A stretch of 64,000 nt of DNA from Eledone cirrhosa. Taxonomy: Eukaryota. The notes beneath the pieces were generated by a model, which was not told where the DNA came from, did not search any database, and saw nothing but the letters and a program-made list of their open reading frames with translations. The stretch is taken from positions 267,654,001 through 267,718,000 of the forward strand of contig OZ024742.1 in NCBI GenBank assembly GCA_964016885.1. The letters run 5' to 3'. A program made the translations under genes and the position numbers. This document shows, in pieces, positions 51,353 to 64,000 of the stretch; the stretch's first letter is position 1, and the number at the start of each line of letters is the position of its first letter.

Positions 51353-53679
51353 GGATTACTCTATGAAGAATATTCCCACTCCATCCAACCATATTTACCA
51401 AATTTTTCTCCTACAAAAAGCGGAAGATGTCGTCAGACGCTTAAGATGGCGAGCCCTAACTTTTGACGGCAAAATTACAGGCACCAATAACACCTTCAAC
51501 CTGAAATCTAGAGCATACTCTCCTAAGATAACTGAACTCGCTCCTCTCGAAGCGGACCTTCTTGACTTAGTAGCTAACATTTACTTTCGCACACACTCTA
51601 ACACCTTCTAAACTAAACTTAGAAATGATATTAAGGAATTTAGGTTTTCCAATAACACATTCGTTCTTTCTGACAAGACGAATAATATTTACGAAGGCGA
51701 CATCACTACTTACAGCCACTTGGCACATAACGCTATTACCTCTAAATATAAGAATGCTAATCCTATGGCCTACCACGACATCAATACAGAAGCCAAAGGC
51801 CTTGCTGCCGCCCTTAAGGTAGATAAGAAGCTACAATACTTAGATAAGTGTGAGGCGTTTCTCGCCCTGAAGGTAGACTTTGCTTCTTATCCCACGTGTA
51901 GACTACTAAACCCGTCACGCACGGAAGTGGGACTAGTCAGTAAGGCTATAATTAGAAACATAGTTAAGTCCATTAGGACCAAGTCCAACCTGTCCCAGTG
52001 GGGGAACAGCGACTCCGTCATTCAGTGGTTTAATTCCTTCAACTTCAAAAAAGCGAAGTTCACGCAATTCGACATTGTAGATTTTTACCCGTCGATCTCA
52101 GAGACCCTGTTAAACAAAGCGTTGGACTGTGCTACCACTTACACTACCACTTACACTACCATCCATGTTTTAGACAGGGAGATCATCGCACACTGCCGGA
52201 AAACCCTCCTCTTCAACAACGGATTAGGGTAAAGAAGTCAACTACATCAGATCTATTAGATGTCTCCATGGGATCATTTGAACGGTGTTGACGTATACGA
52301 CGTGGTTGGCCTATTTATTTTAGACATATTACGTGTTAGATTCCCAGACTTCCACACGGGAATATACCGCGACGATGGCCTGACTTTATCGAGCCATAAA
52401 AGTGGTCACGCCCTGGACCGATTTAAAAAAAGACTTAATTTCTACCTTTAATGAGTTAGGACTTAGGGTAACAGTAGCTACCAACTTCTCTAGCGTAGAT
52501 TTTTTAGACATTAATTTAGACCTTCGCACACATACCTTCAGAGCCTTCCATAGGCTAAACGAAAAACTTAATTACATACACAAGGACTCATGCCAACCTC
52601 CTTTTGTTTTTAGAAACTTCGTAAATAATATCAGTACTAGAATCTCTAACCTCTCCTTTAATAAGGCTACCTTTGACAGAGCGGCACCCTACTATAACAC
52701 GACGTTAGCTAACAGCGGCTTCTCGCAACCAATTACTTACTACCCCACTAACAACAGCAGCAATAAGACAACAAAGCGTAACAATAGACAAACTGTCTGG
52801 TTCTCTCCTCCCTTCTCACTCAACGTTAAAACTAATGTAGGAAAAAAGAATTAGCCTTCTTATATCGACACTTTCCCATAGATCACAATTACCACTCCAT
52901 CTTTAACAGACACAGAGTAAAACTAGGGTACTGCTGCGCTAAGAATATGAAGGCCCACATCACCAACAGTTCTACGAGTGGCACCCCACCAGGATGCTCG
53001 CGCCGAAAGCCTGAAGCTTGTCCCCTTCAACAGCAATGCAACACACCCGCTGTAGTTTATGAATCTGTGGTCACTTCCAACAGACCAACTCAACCTCCGG
53101 ATGTCAACTCTTATGTGGGTATGGCGGAGGGCCGATTTAAGGATCGCTTCCTGAACCATCAGCCGACCTTTAGGTACTCGGACAAAACGATCATCCACGA
53201 AACTCGCAAGCCATGTGCGGTCCCTCAAGGACTCAGGTATAGACTACTCCATTCAATGGAAAGCCATCACTAAGTCCAAGCAATACGCAAGGGGCAATCC
53301 GTCTTGTGGACTGTGTATTGAAAAAAGGATAAATATTCTAACAAGATTACGCAATAGTGATTGCCTAAATTCAAGCAATGAAATCTTCTCACGTTGTCCA
53401 CATATCTGGAAATACCTCTTGATAACTACAAAGCTCCACATTGAATAACAAGATTCTAATTTTCTAATCAACTCGATCATCTTTCCGGACTTTCGCACTT
53501 ATCTCCCTCACACCTTTCGCCCGTGACTTTGCATCGCTTGGGTGAAGAGATCGTTTCTGCGTATGCGCGTTCATACAGTTGTTCTTTCTGTTCCGCATAA
53601 CCATGACCAGTACGAGCTGAAGATCCGCTAAGGTGTAACAATTGTTCTCGGTATGGTGAACTAACTGTTGTGTCACCAC

Positions 53680-53682
<3 letters not shown>
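51351..53682 (+). mobile_element. Near full-length decayed Naiad-type Penelope-like element (RT + C-terminal GIY-YIG)
   Basis: YSMKNIPTP..RRLRWRA N-terminus, CRLLNP, QFDIVDFYPSI, GIYRDDGL, WFSPPFS, CPL..VVY..YVGMAE..FKDR..CGLC..RCPH. Several stops and frameshifts. Confidence 0.9.
53606..53657 (+). ncRNA. Minimal hammerhead in the PLE 3' region with GAAA changed to GUAA
   Basis: cgag CUGAAGA ucc-gcua-aggu GUAAC-AAUU-GUU cucg. Confidence 0.6.
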
Positions 53683-53748
<66 letters not shown>

Positions 53749-54786
53749 CATGACCATGCCTGTTTTGTATGTTTAGATTTGATGCGTGTGGGTTAAGGAG
53801 GATCAAAGATCTAGTGATGATTCTCCATTTTATATTGTCGAATATTTTCTACCAAGCCTGCAGTAGGAAACAATTTTCAGAGTTGGTGCATAATGATATA
53901 AAACCCCAAACCACGTGGTTTCCATATGAATTGCTTTGTCACACTGCTATGTCTCTGGACGTTATTCATAGCATTTGGAATATGAAGTCTTCAATATTAT
54001 ACTTTTCAGAAAAAAATTACTTTTCCAGTATAATCTCTGATTGTGTTCTGCCAAAAGGTTACATATTAATTTAGATCAATTTAAACATGAAATTCATCTT
54101 CAAATTTATATTGACGTGTATTAGTAATATATTTAGTTCGATTATTTATTCAGTTTGCATCGTGGGAACAGAAAGATTTATCAAAGAATATATTGTGCAA
54201 CAAGTATTGTTTGGTTGTAAATATCTGTTGACATCTCAATTTTAAGACGCTTAGTTGAAAATGTCAAATATTTACTGACACCATCAAAATATATTTCAAA
54301 TAGTGAAAAGATATTTGACATTAAGAACTCAATCTGATTGAAAGTAAGATAATTTATTTGAATGGAAATTGTTGAATACATTGAATCAATATTTATTCAA
54401 GGATACACGCAATGATTTTCGTTCAAATAAATAAAAAAAAAAATACTGATCTTCGCGTCTTGTCAATGACAAGAAGGCTACAAAGTTTGATGAGGTCGGG
54501 ATTATAATTTTATAAATGCTGTCTTAGATTCAGATGTTAACGTCATAAGTCATTCCCATATATCCGGCTTAAATTAATTTCATATTTAAGAAATTATTTA
54601 TCCCTTGAAATCAGAGTGATTTTTGGAATTGATAAATAGATAAAAGAAAGTCATATAACTAGGTTGCGTAATATGAAAGAAATTCTCTCATTAAGGTATG
54701 TGTATAGGTAAGCATGCATGCCTGTATCTGCCTATTTGCGCATGCATAATTATAAATATAAATACACACATACACACACACACACA

Positions 54787-54834
<48 letters not shown>

Positions 54835-55386
54835 CATATATGATGGCTGCTCCCTCGTTATTGAGTATTGCCATTGCACGATATACCATTATTAATAATT
54901 ATTAATTAATTCCATCGTGCAATGCCTGTGAGTGAAGATATTTTTTAAAATGAAGAAAGACCGTGCATTGAGCCAATGGCACTCTCTCAGCGACAGCAGC
55001 TACAACTCGAAAAGAAGAAAAGATCAACATCATCGGCAACTACCGAGCCGCAGGTTTCATATCGGAGCGATCCCAGTCTCCTGAGCTTCCCCTTCTAGAA
55101 GAATTCCCTGACAATGGCTAAGCGTCCTTCAATCCCAGTGGTTTAACCGCGCGGTACATGTGTATATACATATTTACACAATTTCGGATAGCCGTTTACA
55201 CTTATGAGTTCTTCTGCCCTTTGTCAGGTTTTTTTTTGGCCTCAGGGTGTCCAAAATCAGCCTCCTCACCAAGTAAACTTGGTGGGGTTGCCAGTTTAGT
55301 CGCCAATGACCCAACCATGCGACAGGTTGTACTGGGTTACATGTTGCCAGTAGCACTCAAGAGTGACGGGACAAGAATATAAAGAA

Positions 55387-55458
<72 letters not shown>

Positions 55459-55507
55459 TGTTATACTTTGGGAGGGTCATAAACAAATTCAGAAACGATA
55501 TATATAG

Positions 55508-55555
<48 letters not shown>

Positions 55556-55779
55556 GCGTGTGTTTGTGTGTGTGTTTCTTTATATTCTTGTCCCGTCACT
55601 CTTGAGTGCTACTGGTAACATAGATATATATAATTATATATAATTATATATATCTACTGGTAACATTAGATATATATAATTTTGGATTTATATATATATA
55701 TATATATATATATGAAAACAAATATTAGAAAGGAAAAAGATTCTTTCAATAAAAAATGTTGAAGAGATTTTTTCATTAT

Positions 55780-57512
55780 TAATATTATTATTATTGCAGT
55801 TGCATTTATCTTGCTTTATGTTCATACGAGTTATCACCAAGTCACAACCAGTGACCTCAAGAGACAACAAGGTCCGCCATTTTCAAGAAAGAACATACAC
55901 ACACATGCATGTTTAGGTGTTTAGACTTGTGATGTACTTATATTGACAGAATCTTCCTTAGTATATGGGCAGTTCCCATTAGTACTAACTTTTGTATTTC
56001 TCCTATACGCGGGTTTCCTGGGATTTGAGATAAGTAATCATTAGACCCCTTAGGTATCATTCCTAGAGCGCCTACAACCACTAGTATTGTTTTAGTTCTC
56101 AATTTCCACATTTTTCCAATTTCTATCTCCAGGTCCTTATACTTGCTCAAATTTTCAAATGTTTTTATAGATAAATTCTTATCAGTATTATATCAGGTCT
56201 ATTTGCATCTATTTTTGGTCTGTTTGGATGCGAAAGTTCCACAAGATTGAGATGTGATCTTTTTCATATATGGGATGTGGTTGATGCTCCCACCAATTCT
56301 TTTGATGGGGCAGGTCAAAGTGCTTACACATTATCCAATGTATGTATATTGTCCAGCTCTGTTGTGCCTGTTTAGGAATTCGGTTGGAGCTATAGGACTG
56401 CACATTGAAATTATATGATCAATGGTCTCTGGTTGTTTTTTTACATACACGGCATAATGGGTTGCATCCATTTTTTATTATGTTGGGTTGGTAATTTTTT
56501 GTTGGCAGAGATGATTTAGGTCAGTAATGTTTAGTTTGTTTGTGATGATAATGTTTTTTATGATAATGTTTTTGAGAATTATGTTAGTGTTGTGTATTAT
56601 CTTTTGGTTCTGTTTGAAGTTCTGGATCTTGGGGAGAGTGTCTCGTTCCCCAATGTCAGATTCTTTCATTTGCATCCATTCGAACATAATTTCATTCTTC
56701 AAGTTGGAAATTTCATTCTCATTCGTTTCTTTATCATTTACGATCTCATTGTTTTCGTTTTGAGTTTCATCTTGAGCATGCACTCCTTCCACTTTTTCGA
56801 TCCTTTCTTTAATTTGTTCTGCTGTCACTGATTGTGCCCCAACCCAGGGATTCGAAGTGTTACAATTTACCTCGGTTTCACTGACACATGTTTCATTATC
56901 CCTTCGCTGACTTTGTGCTAATAGCTTGATTTGATCAATTTCTATATCAGTTAATAACTTTTTTTTAACAATAATTCTTCGTATATTGGCTACTTTGTTA
57001 CTGTCAATATAGCCTCTATTTTCGAGATGTTTCTTTTTCAAGTTGATGTATGTCTGTTCTGTATTCGATCTATTTGATGGGTAGTACATGTCAGTGTAGA
57101 AAGTCTCAAGGACCTCTTTATTGTCTTCCCTTGACCATTTTTCTTTCTTTTTCTTTGGATTTCTTGGTGGTGAGCATGGAGGGCCAACAGTAGGAGTATT
57201 CCGATTATGGGTGTTCTCCAGCTCCGAATTGATGGGAAGGTTTGAAACATTAGGTGAATTTTCGACCCCAGTCTGGTTCCTCTCTGAGGGACGCAGCCCT
57301 TTTTGCCCAGGGTGACGGGTGACGGCCGATCCGGTATGAGATTTTATCATTTGATATTGACTTTATTTTGTTGGGTTTTATCCTTAACCACCGAGGGGTA
57401 ATCATTTCGTGTTACCACTGCTAGAACGTGAGTCAACCAAGACTAGAGGAGTCTTCCTCCCCTAGAGATACGGCTATTCCCCGCCGGCTGCCCTCCCGGT
57501 ATTTCTTAGTCA
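55780..57512 (-). mobile_element. Internally deleted R4/Dong-clade non-LTR element lacking RT
   Basis: N-terminal KWSREDNKEVLETFY domain fused at ~56505 to LPTKNYQ..CRVC..ETIDHIISMC, NRPD and KYKDLEIEIGKMW..VVVGALG (RLE). Ends in (TAA)n. Confidence 0.83.
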
Positions 57513-58689
57513 CGTTTTTTTTGTTTTTTTTTTTATTTTTTTTTATTATCATGTGTGGTTCCTTAATGTGAGCACTGAGTGGCTTAAGAATGAAATTATT
57601 ATTAATAATATAATATACTTTTTGTTGGAGTTGCCTGTTGTAGTTGTTGGGTATGTCGGTGGTGGTGCTGGGACTTTTTCTATTGTTGGTGGGGAAGGGG
57701 GCTGCCAGCAGTGCCATAGTCGTTGACGTTTGACCGGATCACTAAGTCAGTCTATTATATGCTAGCTCTCCCTTGTCTAGTCATACCGCCACCTTTCCCT
57801 TTCTTAAGTTAACAGAAGGTAGTGGGGTAGTAATGGTGGTGGCGGTGATGGGATAATGGTAGCAATGATGGAGTGGTGACGGCGCTGACTGTAGTTATGG
57901 CGTTATCGCTACTTAGTTCTGTTGAATAGACTGTAGATAGTATGCGTTTCTTTGATCTGTATATCTATGCGGTTTGTCGCCTATGTTTAATATATATGTT
58001 GACATATTTCCTTAATATTTGAATTAAACATTTTGAGAAAACTTGAGATACAATAATATTAATTATTATTATTATGCTGGGATTGGTGGCGGTGGTGAAA
58101 TTGCCGTTATCTGGCTGTTGTTTTTAGTGTACACAGAGGGGTGGTGGGATAGGTGCTGTATCTAGGTTGTGGTGGTGGTGAAATTGCTGTTATTTGGCTG
58201 TTCTATATAGTGTAGAAAGAGGGGGTTTTCTCACATTTATAACCATTCTGATTTTAATAAGAAATTTATAATGCAAAGTTGAATATTTGAGCAATATAAC
58301 AGGATATTATGGGTTCTCATTTCCTGAGGGAAAAAACCTGGTCCCTTATGTTCCATTTGTACTAAGAATTGTTATATCACAATTGTTTTAAATATGTTAA
58401 AAATTGAAAACTTACGGGAGCGATTCCATAACACTCTATCCACCACGTGCGTCTCCTTCCCTTATTATTATTATTATTGGCGACCTACGTAGTAAATCGT
58501 ATCATTGTGAGCTCTGCAAAGGTTTGTTATTTTCAGTTATTTGAAATTGCCATTTATGGAAAATGTTTATTGTTAACTGTATATAAGGGCACATACATTG
58601 ATTTCTGAAAAGGACACTCAAAAATATTGGGGCCTTGAGCCCAAAATTTAAACTTTATATAATTATCAAACAACAATTTTTTCTTTGAA

Positions 58690-61600
58690 AAATAATGGAT
58701 GACACAGATTCACTCCTGCCTCATAATCCAACACCTCACACCGACACCACCATTGTAAACATTGCTATGTTTGCCAACACTGGAATTGTAAGCAGTAGCA
58801 ATATTTTAAATTTGTCTCAGGCAGACGTTCATTTCCCGCCATTACCAATGACTGCAGGTGTTAAAGCCGCCACTACCACCACCACCACCACACGCGACAA
58901 CCACCACCCCCACCACCACTACAGCGACAACAGAAACAAAAGAAAAACATAAATTAACTCGTGATATCGAAATGAATTCAACCAAAATGAACTCTTCCAC
59001 ACCGAACACCACTGACGCCACCACAACTGAAACTAAAATTAACAATAGCAAAAATAACGATAACAACAACAGCAACAATGAAATTAAGAAAACTACCCTG
59101 AGTTTTGCCAGAGTAGCAAAAACGTGCGAAGCGATCCAGGTAACTCAGTAGGAATTAGAAGAAGCCAAAGGAATTGTAGAGAAAGATTGGTACAGGGTCA
59201 GCCTCACCCCCACACCTAATAAAATGGAGCAACGTCACCTATGCACCGTGTCTTATCGGACAGTTAACATGAAATCACGCCGAGTGGAACGGTCATGCGA
59301 GTCCCAAATCCAAAAAGCTTTGGGAGATGTGTGGGCAAAAAACCCCTACATCAGACGTGGGCAGAAGTATGGAACCGTGGACGTGTTCTTTGAAACACCA
59401 CAGGAGGCCAGAGAACATTCCATTGCCCCATTAAGAAGTGACGACTTCACACTCATCCCAAGCTATTGTGGCCAGGGACTTGTGACGATCAGGGTGACCC
59501 ACATTCCACCGGCCATCGAAATTCCCTGGCTAATGGCTGCCGTCCTCGCCGGCATCGAGGCCAACACCAAAATAATAGAAATAGCAAAAGAAAAGCAGGA
59601 GAACATGTCCGGATCTGGGATGGAGCTCCTGATCCAAGCGAACCAGAAAAGAATTGAGGAGATACCAGAGGTAATAGACCTCACTGACGGCAGCCACCTC
59701 AACGTAATCCTCGAGGGCAGAAGACATAGGTGTGTCGTTTGTGTTGAAGGAACCCAGCTAAGGGCTTTTTGCCCTCAGATTAAAAGGTTGAGGCCACCTC
59801 TCTTACCCACCCCAGTGACTCAACCATCAACACCACCGGCAGCAGAAATGGCATCAACAACTGTAGCAGCAACAACAGAAGCAACTGTAACAGAAACAAC
59901 CCCAGCAACAGTAGCAAAACCAACACCACCACCACCCAACGCGCGAGAACTAGCACCAGCGCCTACACCATCCACCACGCCACAACGAAAACCAATGCCT
60001 GTGGAGGATTTTCTACTCCCCGGCTTATCGCAACTGGAGACAGATTGTGACGACGAGGAGTGGGAAACGGTATCAGGTAAAAAGAAAAAAAGAAATCAAA
60101 AAAGAAAAAAAATTCTCTTCCCTCCCCCTCCAAAAACAAATTAAAGAGGGAAACAAATAAATTAGCTATCAAGAAAGTTAAGACAGATATGCCACCATCC
60201 ACAGCAGCATCACCAACCCCATCACCACAAACACCAACACCATCACCATCATTAACCCCAACACCACCATCACCAAAACCACAAAAGTCACCAAAAAGCT
60301 TACAAACGCAAACAAAACAAAACAACCAAAACGATACACACTGCCCATCATTAAATTTGAACAACAACTAATTATTACAACACCAGCATCACAGAAAAAA
60401 AATACACAACAACCGAAAAGTTCAGACCACCTCCACACATACAAATCACTCGCATCACACAGAAAACGTACACGACACTAAAACAAGAATTCCCCAAAGA
60501 CATCTGACACTTCCGACAAATACTCCCCAGGAGGATTTATAAGGACATCCTTCCTGAGGAGGCCACAAGCAGTGAAAAGGATGGAAAAACCGTCCTCCCT
60601 CTACGAGAAGTAAGGTAAGTGGTCTTTCCCATCTTTTCCACTCCTTTTCAACATGACCTCACTCAGAATAGGCAGCATAAATGCGCGGGGCTTGGGATCG
60701 TCATGGAAGCAGGGCCACCTGCTCAACGACCTCAGGTCACTAAACATAGATGTAGTGGCCATCAGCGAGACCAGAATCTCCGAAGCACGGGCCTCCCAGC
60801 CGTCCGGGATCGGGGGAAGGAGTTGCTGTGCTTTTTCGGAGAGGTTTGGATCTTGCCATACGGGCCATCTTCCTGGACCCAGAAGGTAAGTTGGTGGTGC
60901 TGGACGTGACCAGCGGAGACGTGTAAGCTTTTAGGTTAGTGGCCGTCTATGCCCCGACAGGAGCAGGGCGGCCTGATTTCTTCCGGCGTCTGGAGATCTC
61001 TCTTGGAACGACGCGCTCTTTAGTGTTAGTGAGCGACTGGAACGGGATCTTAGATGCACGCTGGGACTGTGTGGGATTAGCGGATAGGGGAGGAGGGTGC
61101 AAGAGCCTCACCAACCTGCTCAGGCGTTTTGAACTGTCTGACAGGTACCGATTGGATTTGCCGAATGTACCAAAGTATTTTGTAGGGAAATAGATATCTC
61201 TAGCATAGGCTGTCCACAATTCAAGATAGTCAGCTACACGGACCACAAATTCGTGATATGTGTGCTTTGAATTAGATAGGTTTCATAAACGAGGACCCGG
61301 CTACTGGAAGCTAAACGCGTCCTTAACAGCGCGCAAGGCCTACAGAGACCGGATTAGCGAACTAGTTAAGCGGGCGTTGACAGGGGCCATCGTCAACAAC
61401 AAGTGGTTGTTTGCTCTGAAAAGAGCGATTAGAATAGAGTCCATTAGGTTTAGTAAGGCTTTAGCAATAGAGAAAAATAGAGCAGAGGGAGAACTTGTTA
61501 GAAAATTAGACGAGGCACTTAGCAAAGTCATCGCGTCCGACGTGCTTGCGGCGAAATTGGCCCTTGACCAATTTTTCAATGCAAAGCACGAAGGCTGCGT

Positions 61601-63980
61601 TGTCAGAGCTAGGGTGCGTGCTCTCAGACACGAGGCGACGAAAGCCGTTCAATGGGCCCGAGTGGCGGAGGCGCGTTGTAGCAACAAAACCACGATCCGG
61701 TCTTTGATGGACCACTACGGGCGCATGCAACTCGATCCCGGACAAATACGTGAAGCTTTTCAGCGACACTTCGCACAGCTGTTCGGGGGCAGTGGTGGGC
61801 CGGCTCGAGGGATGGACTTTAGTGTCTACCTCAACGGACTGCCGCGGCTCTCGGCCACTGAGGCGGAGTGTTGCGAAAAGCCGATAACAGCCGCTGAAGT
61901 ACGGGAGGCAATGACTGGCTGCACAAGAGGTAAATCGCCTGCACAAGAGGTAAATCGCTTTACGTACAGATGCCAGACTTGTTCGGAGGCCTCTTGGCGG
62001 ACGTCTACTGCAACTGGCAACAGAACGGGAGAATTCCCAGCTCTGTGAGCCGAGGAGCGGTGGCACTGCTGAGAAAGGATCCGAACAAGGGGGATAACAT
62101 AGATAATTTCAGGCCCATAACTCTGCTAAACACAGAGTTCAAGATTTTGGCCAAGGTGCTAGCAAAGAGGTTGGCGCTAGTCGTTGGTGGTCTGGTGGGA
62201 GAGGCGCAGACATGCGCCATTCCCGACAGATCCATCCAGGACAACCTCCACCTCATGCGATACATCGTAGAGATGGTAGCTAGGAAACCTGGCACGGGTG
62301 GGTCTTTGATAAATTTAGAACCAGTCGAAAGCTTCGATAGGGTCGACCATCGTTACCTAGCGGCAGTCCATAGGGTGGCTGGCTTTGGGCCCGTCTTCAG
62401 AGGCTGGATCACTGCCATGCACAGCGACATCTGCTCTGTGGTGAGACTGAACGGTCACCTTTCGGAACCGTTCAACATCATGCGCTCGATCCGCCAAGGA
62501 TGTCCCCTCTCGTCCCTCTTGTACGTATTGACTCTCGAGCCATTACTGCACAAACTGGAGACGTTGAGGTGCGTCCCGCACGAACTAGGATGCGGAAGAT
62601 CCGTGTCAGCATATGCGGACGATGTCACCGTAGTGGTGTCGAACGCCAAATACATCGAGGCGATCGGCACTACACTAAGAGAATACGAAGCGGTGACAGG
62701 AGCAATGATCACCCAGGAAAGGTCAGTGGGCCTGCAGCTCGACACCTGGAGAGGCAGGTCCATGCCGTCCAACAGCTTCGTCGGACGCTGGACGGACGGA
62801 CCGGTTAAATGGCTAGGGCTGGTTCGGTCCGGACCTCCAGACGGACAAAAACTGGGATGAGGTGACGAGCAGAGTGGCTTCTCTCACCCAGAAATGGGCC
62901 GAGAGGAAGCTATCCCTGAAAGGTCGAGCGGAGGTGGCTAAGGCGTACATCGCGTCTGTCCCTCTGCTACCCCCTGACCATCGTACCTTGACCTAAGCCC
63001 CGCCTGACTGCTCTGGAGCGTTTGCTCTTTCGCTTTTTGTGGAAGGGACGCGCCGCGATGATCAGGCGGTCCATCTGTTGTAAACACCCGCTACGTGGAG
63101 GGCTGGGCATGCCGTGGCTGATGATGCGCAGATACGCGCTCAGGCTACGATATCTCCACCTCTTCCTCGACGGTGATCAGGTGTGGTCGCCGTTTGCTAG
63201 ACACGTCTTTCCCCAGCTCGTTTCCTTGACAGAGCTTCAGTCGTGGGTCAAGCGAAGACGGAGAGAGAGCAACTGGAGACTGGAATGTCTTCAGGCGCTC
63301 ACAGCCCTCGACCAATCGGGCAATGTGATCGGTGGAAACTGCACCTCGGCGTTCTATAGAGGATTAGTGGAGGGCAAGAGCGACGACGTACTTGGGGAAA
63401 CTCTAGGCGTCGACGAAATCAACTAGCCAATCTCTTCGGAAGGACTTTCGGGCCGGGGCCTATGGACAACTTCCAGAAATCTCTGGCCTGGCAGTGACAC
63501 CGAGGAGCCTTGCCAGTTCGAGATAAACTCTACAGGCATGGAGGTTCCGTCAGCCGGGCATGTCCGAGATGCGTGCAGGGCGACGAAACCGTCCTGCACG
63601 CACTCGTCCAATGTCAGAAAATTGCTGACTTGTAGGTTTATGTCCAACACCTGCTGTCACGTGTAGGACGGATCCGGCTATCATCTGAGTCCATCGTGAG
63701 GATTGCTCCGCCCTCATCCTTTAGCCGTGAAGGGCAGGCAGTTTTTATCTGTCTGGTGGCCATGGAGAAAGAGATAGTATGGTGGACACGTTTGAAAGGG
63801 CTGAAGACGAGCACTTACCCCTTCGGTGATGCCCTGATTGACTTTTTCAAATTTCATTTGAAAAGGAAAATCAGGGTAGAAAGGGAAGTGCTCTCTTCCC
63901 AGCATTTTGTTGAAAGATGGGTGAGAGAGGCAAGAATGGCCCGAGTGAATGGGCCTACTCTGAGCATGTGTCTGTAAATT
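58690..63980 (+). mobile_element. Tx1/L1-clade LINE, frameshifted (ORF1 ~58960-60144; ORF2 from 60653)
   Basis: IGSINARGL and SETR (APE), GPGYWKLN, FRPITLLN, QGCPLS, YADD, GGLG, C-terminal CPRC..ETVLH..C. ORF1 has a degenerate zinc knuckle. Confidence 0.9.
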
Positions 63981-64000
63981 AAAGGAGGAAAACTGGGAGA

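Noticed and set aside
51351-53448. Selenocysteine (UGA) recoding as known for some Naiad PLEs
   Set aside because: The conserved Cys positions I read here and at 4162-4608 use TGT/TGC, and the breaks are frameshifts or TAA/TAG stops.

Overview
Repeat-saturated eukaryotic DNA with no recognisable host gene exon. The (TA)n/(CA)n microsatellites and tRNA-derived Nin-domain SINEs suggest an octopus/cephalopod, which is an inference. All long ORFs belong to decayed retroelements: two CR1-group LINEs (minus strand), a CRE-clade element, an RT-deleted R4/Dong element, a Tx1/L1 element, an RTE fragment, and several Penelope-like elements (PLEs; Naiad-type and Neptune-type GIY-YIG). The most striking content is non-coding: more than 30 intact or decayed hammerhead ribozyme (HHR) motifs, most carried by short non-autonomous elements inserted in (TA)n. 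They include (i) a 4.9-kb fold-back array of ~16 almost identical 310-bp HHR monomers, (ii) five copies of a covarying, non-circularly permuted and pseudoknotted hammerhead, and (iii) further tandem retrozyme-like families. Many of these insertions share a two-armed layout with both 3' ends pointing outward, often one long end and one short end, and some join arms from different families. All RNA folds were derived by eye and are untested.
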